A stretch of DNA of 63,500 nt, filler included, from Collodictyon triciliatum (lineage: Eukaryota): the NCBI GenBank assembly GCA_043381765.1. It is 10 parts of 10 records of this genome, joined end to end, with 100 filler letters (N's around TTAATTAATTAA, not from the genome) between each part and the next. Parts side by side here need not be neighbours in the genome. Positions count along the whole stretch, not along the records: positions 58,623 to 63,500 come from JBHJMP010004401.1; 9 more parts are not named here. One strand, 5' to 3'. Positions within the stretch are counted from its first letter, which is position 1, and each line of letters begins with the position of its first letter. The position numbers and the translations under genes are program-made. The notes beneath the pieces were generated by a model. The model saw only the letters and a program-made list of their open reading frames with translations. It was not told the origin of the DNA and did not search any database. Positions 63,479 to 63,500 of the stretch are shown in pieces.

Positions 63479-63500
63479 CTTTTTATTTTTTTTTTTTTTT

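Overview
This is not one continuous locus. It is ten short contigs (mostly about 6.66 kb) from an intron-rich, microsatellite-rich eukaryote, joined by artificial N-TTAATTAATTAA-N linkers. TSNAXIP1 and a COX16-like gene suggest an aerobic flagellated protist. Housekeeping genes I recognise: a fused YeeE/YedE sulfur transporter, Maf, a Tma17/Adc17-like gene, RanBP9/10 (Gid1), TSNAXIP1, BOP1/Erb1, the last exon of a class I phosphodiesterase, COX16-like, and a two-RRM protein. Four things stand out. (1) An NLR-like STAND receptor system: one contig encodes NACHT-TPR-pentapeptide-WD40-SEL1, with 9 near-identical WD40 repeats that vary only at a few surface positions. Another contig encodes a calponin-homology + DUF4062 N-terminus that may be its missing 5' half. 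(2) An intron-free Polinton/virophage-like endogenous virus fragment with an intact Maverick-type integrase, a primase-helicase C-terminus, a hairpin and two equal-length divergent intergenic spacers. (3) A family of ultra-short (19-28 nt) poly(A)-tailed insertions with 13-18 bp target-site duplications, traceable to the 3' end of a degenerate LINE in the same window. (4) Very degenerate 5' splice sites, with GC donors and AAG acceptors. All calls come from manual reading; no database searches were run.
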